From Phoronis australis (lineage: Eukaryota > Animalia > Phoronida), in assembly GCA_002633005.1 (NCBI GenBank), contig NMRA01000672.1, positions 162,623-212,676 on the forward strand: 50,054 nt of DNA, given 5' to 3'. A model generated the notes under the pieces. That model was given only the letters and a program-made list of their open reading frames with translations, made no database searches and had not been told where the DNA came from. Numbering within the stretch: the stretch's first letter is position 1; each line of letters begins with the position of its first letter. Of the stretch, positions 1 to 23,165 are shown piece by piece. Made by a program: the position numbers and the translations under genes.

Positions 1-218
1 ATAGAGTTCTCTTCCCTTGACGTGGCATACTCGCGTCTGAGAGACTCAAACTCGTTGGACAGCTTTTCGAACTTGTCGTTTATTATCTCTAATAGTTGAC
101 GGTTAGATATATCTGTAGTCTTCGGGCTCGTCTCACTTCTAGGCATATAGGACGAAATGCTTCGAGTCACTGACCTGTCACTGGCTGAAGGTGTTGTTGT
201 CTTTCTAGACCCAGGCAT
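1..218 (-). CDS. 5' part of an ORF running off the left edge; possibly LINE ORF1 or a coiled-coil protein N-terminus
   Basis: ATG at 218, no stop to base 1: MPGSRKTTTPSASDRSVTRSISSYMPRSETSPKTTDISNRQLLEIINDKFEKLSNEFESLRREYATSREENS; S/T-rich region followed by a heptad-like helix. Confidence 0.4.
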   Translation of the reverse strand, partial: MPGSRKTTTPSASDRSVTRSISSYMPRSETSPKTTDISNRQLLEIINDKFEKLSNEFESLRREYATSREENS

Positions 219-3200
219 TATCGCTAATATTACGTAAGTAGGTCAATTAATGGCGGACAGGGCGCGATTATTCCTTCTTCCTCAGGTGCTCTACACACAT
301 ACTAAATATTCACTTCTGAAGTGAGTAGCACACAATTTGTCAGCCTCCACGAGGTCACTGTGTTTATCTCTCTCAACCAAACCACAAATTTGATGAAAAT
401 ACTTCACTTGTACAATCAAAAGAATCAATTTTCGAGACACAATTCTCACCTTGATGCTTATTATGCGACACCTACCGGTTACATGTCTCCATCAATTAAT
501 ATACACGACTCACTATATACATGATAACACTGACAATTTAAGGAATTGCATACCTGACCCATTTCATGTCTCGGCGGCTGCAGTTTGTCGTCTTCTATAT
601 CTTAAAGAGAAACAGGTCAATTAAAATACATATGATAAATTACTAAACTTTCTGTAAGAAAATAGATTAAGATAAAGCAAAACAAGCATCCGAGAATGAG
701 TTTAACACATGTGACCTGTACTGAACACCCATAACACTCATATATTCTTGGTGAAGAAAGGAATTAACCAACATCAGCAACTCAAGAACATCGATAATTA
801 CAAGCGGCAACGCGTCGCTAAACTTTGAGTCTATGTGTGGGGTCGTTTTTACAACGTCATGGCACCATTTATAATGCACGCGCACAGTAGGTGTTATCTG
901 AATAAATGATAAAATATACAGACATTGAGCATCCTCACAATGAAAGCCATCATGGTGACAGGTGTGCCCCCACGTGCTTTGCTGGTTGATATGATGCAGT
1001 TCTTCGCTTTTATTTCATTTGCAGGCCATCCGTGAAACTAAAACAAACAAAAAGGAACATTTATACAGTCATGAGAATAGTGGCCTACATCAAATCATGA
1101 GTTATGATGATGATCATTGGTGCAAAAGTGCTTCTTGCAACGAGCGTTCAATCGGTTGTGTATGTGCCTCGAATATAACCGACTGACGTCACGATTCAGT
1201 TCCCGCAGAAAGACCACCAACAGGAATTAACAATACCACGCCTCTGTTGGCGGTTACGTTTCTGACGTTCAAACTAGTTTCTCTTCAACTAAAGCACGGC
1301 GACATCCCGCGGAGGAAGTTTAAAAGCAGTTACTTTGAGCCAATTCATTTCATTCGTGCAACTATTTATGACGAGGGTACTGCAGGCGGTAGTCTAGATT
1401 CGTCAGGTGTTTTGGTCGTCGACTCCATTCGAAGTCGCTTCACAAACAATTAAAGAACCACGCATTTTGACATGCGGAGGCAACACATCACCTTGGCCGG
1501 GACTGCGTTGGCAGTGACTAAAGGGATGTGATGAAACTGGTATCAACCGGTATGTGCCCCGTCTAAGTAAACAGTCTTAAATGGCCATTAAGAAGCGAGG
1601 GCGGGGTATGCGCCCCTCTAAAAGTTGCAGGCGTCAGGTTTAGTCCGTGGTAGTGGAAGCGGGGGGTAATGACGAAAAGAAAGGCGGATAAAGATATGTA
1701 AGAGAAAATGTAAGAGAACATTTGTCAACTATCATTGATAGTTTTACCTTTCAAGAGCCCTAGCCAGGACATTATTGTTAAAGGGTTCAATTGCTTTCAG
1801 CAAAGATGGCTTAAACTCATTTGGAAATTTGCAAAATATCATACATGTATATCAGAAAGTGGAGAAAAGTTTTAAAACGCAACTTTTGCAGATAATATTA
1901 CTTCACTGTTTTTTTAAATTTAAATTCGATGCAAAAATATGTTTCTATAATCGCCCATTTTGCCGCTCTCTTCATTTTTCTCAAAAAAAAAATAAAAATC
2001 ACTAGTTAAAAATTGAGAACCTAACAGATTGCACGAATTGCTGCTCATTTTCCGTTTATTGAAGACCTAGACCTTTCCATATTCAGGGACGCGTTGATGG
2101 CGTCTAAAGCGGCTGCTCACGGAGAGAGGGCACAATAACGGGATCGATTACCTCTGTTTTCCTGTTGTGAAATCGAACAATTTTATGTTATAGAACATCA
2201 TTTCAGGCGATGATGTAATTAACTGTCACTCTCAAGTAACTTTATTTTATGGTCTACAAAACTCATTGTACGCCAACTGGAATCATATCAGAGAGGGAAA
2301 GCATCAAGTGATTTTACCGCCTATTCCACAATACATCAAAGTTACTTTGGGAGGAGTCGAAGGGGTAGCTTCGGTATCGCTTCACAGTTAGCGCATAAAA
2401 AATTTACTACGTTGTTGTCTTTCGAGTTGCTAGTGTCAAATAAAGTAGAGTGAAAAATCAAATCTCGCGGATACTAGAGAATGGTGGTGTAGTGTTTTTC
2501 CTATATCTATTCATTCACTGAAGATGTTTCTCTGAGATGGTTTCATTTTAGGCTGGTGCACAGAATTTTTACACAAGATTGGCGTAATAGATAGCTCACT
2601 GTGCACATTTTGATTAGATGAAAGTGAATGTATTGTCCATGTGTACTGGTCTTGTAACGATGCCCTAGGAACCAATATTGGTCCTAGCGTTGCCCAGCAG
2701 TTCCGACTAATGTTAGTAACTGGCACGTAGATGCTGTTGGACACAGTTCATGTCCTTACAATCAGTTCTGTTCAGGTGGCAATGATTTTACATAGCCTTG
2801 GCAAGTACCATATTTATAGGAAACGGTTGAAGTGCAAAAATCCCAGCCTCGCATTGTTTCAAAAGGAGGTTGCAAGGTACATGTCCACTGAAAGATACAT
2901 ATTCAGGAACAAAAAGGGATAGGGTGAACTTATAAAACGCTGGCTAGGTCTTGACCTTTATTGTTTATTATGAATATATCAAGCCTCTACGCATTTAATG
3001 TTTAAATCAACTTTGTATTTATCATCACTGTACATAATTTGACCTTATTGATCCTTGAATAAACAAAGAAATTATTGTATTAACTGTCGTGACGACACTG
3101 TAATTGTGTGATCTGTACCATACTTATTACATAGAACAAAAAGTTGAGAAAAGAAATAAACTTTCACTCTCGCATATGACGTCAGACTGTCAGGGTTCTG

Positions 3201-6200
3201 ATTTTTATGACCGTATACAGTGTACATGTCTAACGGAGTAAGGTACTTAAAGAAATGCATAGTAAATATACTGGCAATCATCAAAAATATTTCAGCGATT
3301 TTTAGAGCTCGCATTTTAACCCGTGGCAGAGTCACCTGTTTTCAAAACTAGGTGCAGAACATGTTAATATTTTGGTCTTATGTTTGATCAAATATCATAT
3401 TTATAAAACGTTCCGTGTTTGCAGCTTCTCAAAAAGAACTTTCTAGATATCACGTGCTTGGAAAAGTAATTTTCTGTAATAATTATGAATATGAAATATT
3501 CGTTGAGAGGTGGACCTCTATGATTCATCAATTTTTGTAATTTTGCTCTTTGACAATATTCTGTTCCCGGGTATGTTTGTGATGTATGTATGCATGCGTG
3601 TGTGTGTACTTCTTGTACTGTAAAATATTCTATTTCATAAATATATGTTTTGAAAAAAAGAAAAAAAAAACAAGCTGTAAACCTAAAGCAGGCCCAGATG
3701 TTGAATCTGTTCCACAGGAACTAAATCTAAACTCGTGCTTTGTAATGGAGTAAATTTGGGACACGCTGTGGATCAATTGTCTGTAGTCACTAGAGACTGG
3801 GCTACTCGGGAAACCGACCCAAAGGCAGTGGTTACACAAAAGCCTCACCCTTGCAAAATATACCCTCGGGTCAAAGCACAACCCTAATAAAATGAACTTT
3901 CCTCCAATTAACTTGACCATAGTAAAACGAATCTTAGCCAAGGTCAAGCGCAGGCAGATACGTACAAACTTTTTTTATTTACAATGTTTATTACGAAATC
4001 TTCGATACAATGAATATACATAACCCAGAAAGCGCCAAGAGGCATTATATCTGGGTTAAAAAAGTACAAAGAAATCTATATACAACTATTTTACACAAAT
4101 ACATAAAAAAGAAGTCTGTATACAATTATTTTACACAAATACATAAATTAAAAAAAACTGAGCCGTCAGTATCAAATGAATCACATCTGAGTTAACCATA
4201 GGCCAACCTAGTTTATCCGATTTGCATTTTCGCGCCTTCACAGTTGGCGTGAACTGTAAGCTCACAACTCATTGCTAATTTGAGATGGACAGCGAAGCTT
4301 CTGCCTATCGTCTGCGCTGCTCTTTGGCCTAATTCTCGTTCTCTGTGAAGTTCTGTTGAAACAATTACTCGATGACTGTCATTTGGGTTCGCCCTACCCT
4401 AAGCTATAACGGGTGTCGGTGTGACAGGGTCTGTACGAAATTGACAACACCCAAAGGATGGGGGTGGAGTGGGGGTCGGGGGGGGAGGCAATAACAAAGA
4501 ATGACTGTATGAGTTTAGCGAAGTCAGTCGAATTGGTTTGTGTCTCTATTAATTTTTACCTCCCTTTGTGCATGCAGTGTTTCGCGTTTAATACGTCGAA
4601 CATCTAGTCACGATATCCCTTGGCCGGCGGCACGAAATGCTCGTTTCACGTGATGAACATTGACTCGAGAACTTCCCTTTCGTTGTCATCAGAAATAATT
4701 AAGTTTCTCGGCTCTCAGAAGAACGACCACGTCAGAGTGACTCCCTTGATCCTACGATCATCAACTTCCCTGTGTGTATTCCCTGTGTCTGAGAGGCGTC
4801 TCCGAAAGCATGAGACTACCAACCGTAAACACATAATGAAGTCGTTTCATAAATTGTTTAACATTATTCAGTCCATCCTCCCATCAGTGAAAGGTGTATC
4901 ACCCCCCTCGAGAAGTGTGGTGTGATCTCAATGCGAATACAAGTGTGGTGAGTACTGACAACTGTATCGGTGACACGGGTCGCCACTTATTGACTAGGGT
5001 TAAGGATCATCGTTACCCAATACTACTATCCTGTCCAAGAGCATTCCAAAGATGAGTTTACCAGATCTCTGATGCGGACTTCAAGTCTCCACCCAGAGAA
5101 GTGAGATTCAAATCCACAGACCTAGTCTGCAGTGTAATCAGATCTGTTACGGGATCCTCCAAAGAGGGAATCCCGATACTGTTTTTATCGATTTATTCTA
5201 CGACAGAGGGCGCAACCGGCGAAGAACAAGTCCTTGAGATGGACGAAACGGCTTTACACTTATCACATCAACTGGGTACTGTTCTTTGGTTCCAAAAGGT
5301 ATCTTCACTCAATATTTAACTATAAAGGTGTTGTTTATTTGTCAAATATTTTATTTCTTATCACTTCTCGAAATATTTTTAGAACATGACGGAGTCACCG
5401 TATGGGATCAGGTTTTCACAGAATTTGAATAAAAATTATAGCCAAAATTGCCAGTTGTTCATCTTTTATAAGCTTCTAATCTGAGTGAAGAACAAGTTCT
5501 TTCCCGATTTTCGTAGCAGTATGTTTAAATCAAAATTATCGTGTTTTGATGGGGATAAGGGGTTTATGAATGGTTTAATTTAGTGTGTTACCCTTAAAAA
5601 TTCTGATGCTCTTTTCTTAGGCCTCATCCCTGAATTAGGGAAGATGGCTCCTTTGCTGGGAAACTTACTCCGATGGTGGACGGAATTAAATCAAGGGGAA
5701 AATCAATGGGTGTCAACACATTTAACACCACAAGGATTTGCATTCGCACTAGCTAGCTTTTGTCGGAAAATCTCGAATAATAGTATGGCTTCACTGACTG
5801 CAGAATACTGGAATGACTGGATAGTCACGTGAAATAACATGTTGTATGAGTTGGGAAAATTGAGAAAACGTCGTTCTAGCAAGACAGGTTTACCTACAGG
5901 GTAATAAAGTATGCTGTTCTCGTTAAGTTTTTGTCGCCAAAAATACGGAATTCCGTGTGTCGTTCATCATGTTTACCGTAGGGCTACTTTTCAGTATAGG
6001 TGGCGGTGTGTCAGAGGGTATGTTCGTTCCATGACTATGACAATGTCGCAGTTTACGTTTATACTAGACACCTCCGAGCTAACATTGAGTAAGGTTACCA
6101 AACCAGTGGTAAAGAATATGTATTTTCCGATTATACACCATGGAACTTATCAAAATAATTCACGGCGCGGTGTGTCCGGTGTCTCTATTGTGAATGCAAA

Positions 6201-8148
6201 TACCAAGTGGAAATGTTTCTTTAATGATTCTCTGAGGTCGCAGTTTAAATCTAATCGCCGCACACTATGTCTCGTCGCTGAAACTGTTAACGAACTGAAC
6301 GAAAGTATATTTTAGCGTTATTTACCGGAAAATATGTGACAGCTTTGCGCAGCTTCTGGTTGGTTAAAATTAGCATGCATTGGCGAAATACTTTGCTTGT
6401 TGGCCTACGTGTTCCAAGGGGTAGGAGTATATTGCTGCCACGATGCAAATTCGTGCTCATAGTGCTCACGAGCAATCCATGTTCACTATTGAACAACACT
6501 GGTAAGCGTCGTTATAACTACACTACGGCACGAAAAATCATGACATAGTTCACTGATTAGTGGGATCTAGGCAGTTTTATGCTAAAATATTTTTCAATCC
6601 TTGGCAAACTGAAAAAATTGTTCACTTCGAGAATGTGACTGAATTCCGTGCAATAGATCGGCGAGACTAAAGTGTAGTCAAACCGCTAGAGCGGTGTTTA
6701 GACCCTACCTTACACTGGCAATACAGTAGCTACAAAGCCATGAAGTCAACCTTTTATTTCAACCTGAAACTGAAGTTGACCTCTGGATTGAAAATAGCAA
6801 TATGCTTGAATTGTTAGAGCCCTCGAGCATCACGTGACACAATTGTAACTTTTCATTATTTTGACTTGCAAAGTTGATAGTACCCACCCGGTTGAGACAA
6901 AACGTGTCGCCCAGTGCAATTAATTTGTCATGGATGCCATGAGTCGTCGCCCTATTTTATCCAAAGAAAATAGATTCAAACGAACAGGATTGATAAGCGA
7001 AATTTTTTAATAGTAAAATATATACGAGTTAATTTGAACACTCATTCCCCTATGCAAATTTAATCAGTCGGATAATGTGAAGGGTTAATGCGAAACGGTC
7101 AATGCCCCTTACATACCGTAAGCAGCCGCCAAGTAGTTTCAATAAATTACTGGAAGGCATGATTGTTAAACATGGCTGAAATAAACGCACAGTACAAACC
7201 TTTGCGCAACAAACATTAAACAGGCTCATAGGGGTTTTGGGTAAGACAAGTCGCCAGTGCGCACTCAAAGAACTCGAGGGGTGGGCGCCAGAGAGTATAG
7301 GGGTATGCAATTAGAGGGTTTTGGGGCCCATCATCACAAAGTTTCAGAACTTTAGGTTTACGTGAATTCTGGTGCATCACTGTAAGTCCAGTGTTAGGCT
7401 GTTACGGTACGCAGACATCTTCGTTTACAGCAGTCCATACCTTGAAATTCGTAAAATTTACAAAGAATCTTCAAATTCTCAAAATCTCTCAAATCAGATA
7501 AATTGATCAACTCAGCGAATATTGCTCGAAAACACTTTGTCAGCCAATATTTTCCTAATAGCTTAAAGAAATCATATTCCAATGATCCTTTTAATTTCAT
7601 TTCGGGTCGTGTGCGGCCTTGAACTTATTAGTGAAATTAAACTGGTTGTTTCAAATGTTTTAACATTTAGTTATAACTACCTTAAGAAGCTCAGTGCACG
7701 GTATAATCCGTAGGCCACCCTATCTTAATTCAAACATTGTGATTAGCATTTTATCAGTTAACTAACTTGCCATAATCTTTCGACAGTTGGAGAATAGTGA
7801 ATAGTTCATAAAGATATGCACATCAGTTTGCGACTGAGCTGATGGTCAACGGTTATATTATTCATTTGTTCAATTTCTTGGAAATTCATTGAGGGTGAAA
7901 CCGAAAGAGGTCACTGAGACCACTCGCAGTATCGGAATAATTCCTCTTCAGTACTAATATTGACACATTTACACTTCTTTATGTCACTGTATTACAATGA
8001 AGAACAGCAAAGACAAAAACAACCAATGGTGGACGTCACTTCTACCGACATATGGTATGGGCTGTATCGTTTGAAATGGAAAAAATATTTATCTGGCGGC
8101 CGCCAGATAATAACATATTTTTCTTTGCTTGAAAGTGGCACTATAGGG

Positions 8149-8409
8149 CCCCCATTTGGCGAAGTGGGCAAAAAGGTCCGGCTCAGAGAAACAAAAAGTC
8201 CGAGAAAACGAGACAAAAGTTCACAGGAATACAGCGCGAATGCACAATTCATAGGTCTGAACCATAGATATCTTAATGTGATGTCTATGGTCTGAACGTG
8301 CTATAGTACCCCATTTTTTGTTTTTCTAGTCACTGTTTCTTTTTTCAGTAAAAGGTCCACATACTGAAAAATTCGAGACCTCCTATATTTTATGCTGGGC
8401 GCGCGCATG
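8149..8409. mobile_element. MITE fragment (same family as 42505-42757, opposite orientation) upstream of SCaMC
   Basis: ccccatttggcgaagtgggcaaaaaggtcc...gtccgagaaaacgagacaaaagt matches the reverse complement of about 42639-42710; it ends in the terminus ctgggcgcgcgcatg. Confidence 0.75.
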
Positions 8410-8640
8410 GGATTTCATCCATCCATATAATGACCCGGCGAAAGTGTGCGCCCTCCTACTCATTTCGTACGTCAATGGCTGGGCTTGTTTACAGAAAACT
8501 CCGGTAATAAATTACTGCACAGCGACACCTGTTGTACGATAAATTCCGCCTTTCTGGTCGCTCGAATTTCACGATTAATCGACAAATGGGAACATTGTTT
8601 TCGATTTATTTTAACCTCATGTAAACCCTCACTATTCGCA

Positions 8641-20469
<11,829 letters not shown>

Positions 20470-21170
20470 TGTTATGAGACTGTATAGTGTTATTCTTGGT
20501 GTTAGACAATGAGTGACTACAAAAATCTAAACTGTTATTTGCGCTTGTTAAACAGTGTTGGTTTTGGTACATAACAAAGGAACATAGTCTCTTATATGTT
20601 GAGTAGAAATTGTACTACACTGTGTCAAGTCACATGTATTCTACTCTGTACTGGTTTTGTCATCGGTGCAATGAATATTTCTTTCGTAATGCAGCCACGT
20701 ACAGTGGACACATGTTGGTAAAACAGCCGGCTGATTTACAGAAACTCAACTGTCTAATGTTTCCTCTCTACTTGTGATGGAGGTCCACGAAAGGTTTTTC
20801 ATTGGCTAATTTCAGGCAGAAATTCGGTCTTGTGTTCCCACTTCACATTTGAGGAAAAAAAGTTTCGTCAATTATTACGAGCGCGCTCCATTGTCTAGAA
20901 AATTATCTCTGCAGCTAGCTGTCATGCTTATAGTTTCAGAGTCTTTGAACTTCTGCACAAATGAGATTCAATTATTTTTCAGAAATAGTTATTTGGAGCG
21001 TAAGATCTAATTTTTGATGCAAGTCTTAAGCCTCTTTTCGTGAAACAGGCGGCAGACATTTAAAGCGGTATAGAAGGTTTGGACTATACAGACGTCTGTT
21101 TTGTATCCGCATGTTACACTTCTTTGACCTTTTCCTCCTATTGAGTGAAACGAACAGATTCATAGCTTAT

Positions 21171-21587
21171 GGAGCTTTCCCATGAGGGGAACTTCGGAAA
21201 TTGAGTAGTGGGTTTGAAGCTAACTGAAAATTGTTCGCCTGCCATTTATGAGTGTTTATTAATTTGATCAGTGTCATTCTTCATCAGATGTGCTTTCTTT
21301 TATTTATTTACCTCCGTCTATTGAGAACACGTCAGCTACCCTACGACAACAAACGTTTTGCGAGTCTCTTGTGATCATATATCATTGCCGTGACCTCTAC
21401 TGATTAGTTCGATGAAACTTCGCTTTTATAGTTCCCATTGCACTGAAGTTTCGAGGAGCACCAAAGCTTTGCTTTTAAATCCTACTATTTTAGTGAAGCT
21501 TCGCTTGCAGTTAATTATGGGAATCAACCTTTCCCACTTACCAAAACTTCGGTAAAAGCGAAGTTTCGCCTCCAGTGGGAAAGCACC
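21171..21587. mobile_element. Harbinger-like MITE in the probable SCaMC 3' UTR
   Basis: Imperfect TIRs ggagctttcccatgaggggaacttcg / cgaagtttcgcctccagtgggaaagcacc; internal aaacttcg/cgaagttt repeats. Confidence 0.55.
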
Positions 21588-22932
21588 ATTGATAAAAGCC
21601 AGCGCAAGACCACATGAAAATACTAGATATCATTTCTACTTAATTATCGACGTTTGTGTTTTTAAGTAATTTTTCTATGCACTACTGTAGGTGAACAGTC
21701 AAAGCTACGTGTTGTTATGAACAGTGTTGAATGGTCGTGGTGGTTTGTATTGGCTTTATAAATGTTGTATTCTTGTACCGTGCATTTGTTATTTATATTT
21801 TACTGTCTATTGAGACAAATTGATTTATATACATTTGATCTATAACGTCATGGCGTCATTCTTCAAGTCTACCGACTGTTGCATTTCATTCTCGGTTGTG
21901 TATGATGCCCAGGTTTAGGAAAGTTTCAAAATGTCTTCTTGCTAAAAGTTATCAAGTTTCATGTGCAATCTCTTTCCCAATTGACCTATCGCAAGCTCTG
22001 CCCCCTTGCGTGTTATTTGTCGGGTAAAGTGACGGCTTGGAAATGAAGATGTGTCAAGAATGCTGCATTCTGATTGGTCACTTAAGCCCTGTCCGTAGGT
22101 CAATTGCCAGCCATCAGATTTATTGTGTTTGTTCTCTGATATCATGCCATTGTTTTTTGTGGGTTGTCTTATCCTTTTCTTGATTATAGTTGCGAGCAGA
22201 TAACCGATTTCACGCTAAATTGCTTAGTCCCTTTTCTTCAGTGTTCAGCGTAGCTTTCAAGACACTCCGGTGTTTTTTTTTTCTGTCGTACCCTTGCATA
22301 AATTAGAAGAAGCAGGGTTTAATTCTGACAGCAGTTTGTTTCTAGTGTGTAGATTGCTACGTGTTCACTTCTTCAAAGAGACAGTGCTTAATTGCGATGC
22401 GAAAAATTTTAAAAGGCAACTTCTAGAACTTAGTGCATAGAAGTTTACCCTCCCCTCGATGTTGCGGAGTCACCTGGCTCCTAGTGGTGATTGGTGGGAC
22501 TGGTTTCCGTGAACTTTTCCAGTGGATGGTGACAGGCACCTCAGCATCACACAGTATGTTCCAGAAGTTGTGATTTAAAATTTTTGAATCTAGTAATGGT
22601 AATACCCATCATATAATGTTTAATTATGTGTACCAAATTATGAATTACTGTGATAACTGAACAAAAACACCTGTTGCTCTATAAGGTGGCTGGGTCATAT
22701 TTGACTGAATTGTCCAGGCAACTACTGTCTGCGAAGTATGCAAGATGTGAATTTCCATGTGAGGTGTCACTTTGATTTTGTATATTTGTGTAAATAAACA
22801 TAAATGAATACTAATAACAGAAAGTTTATTTTGTGTGGCAAGTTTCACCCTATGCATTTCCATGAAATTAATGGGTGTATTGAAACTGATGCAGATGTTC
22901 CTGAGTTTGAGACTTAGACAATTTTGTAAAAA

Positions 22933-23051
22933 AGGGGCGGATCTAGGGGGGCAGGGGAGAATACTAGCCAGGATTTGCATCCCCGAAACTGCCAAATGGA
23001 ATCTGGGTGAATTTTAGGGGGCACGTTGGCCCCCCTCTAAATCCGCCACTG
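22933..23051. mobile_element. Short MITE with CAG(G/T)GGCGGAT-type termini
   Basis: aggggcggatctagggg ... ctaaatccgccactg; related to 40368-40662. Confidence 0.65.
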
Positions 23052-23077
23052 AAGTAGAAATAGAAGTACGAGTTGAG

Positions 23078-23165
23078 TTTCATCTAGTCCGTGACAATTT
23101 TCATCTAGACCGTGACAATTTTCATCTACACCGTGACAATTTTCATCTAGACCGTGACAATTTTC
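23078..23165. repeat. 21-bp tandem repeat x4
   Basis: ttttcatctagaccgtgacaa units. Confidence 0.92.

Noticed and set aside
4620-6548. Several 60-134 aa ORFs upstream of SCaMC
   Set aside because: No recognisable motifs and no consistent exon chain; treated as intergenic or decayed repeat sequence.
8446-8640. N-terminal extension of SCaMC from the GTG-started ORF
   Set aside because: There is no in-frame ATG upstream, and the ATG at 8641 gives a normal-length SCaMC N-terminus.
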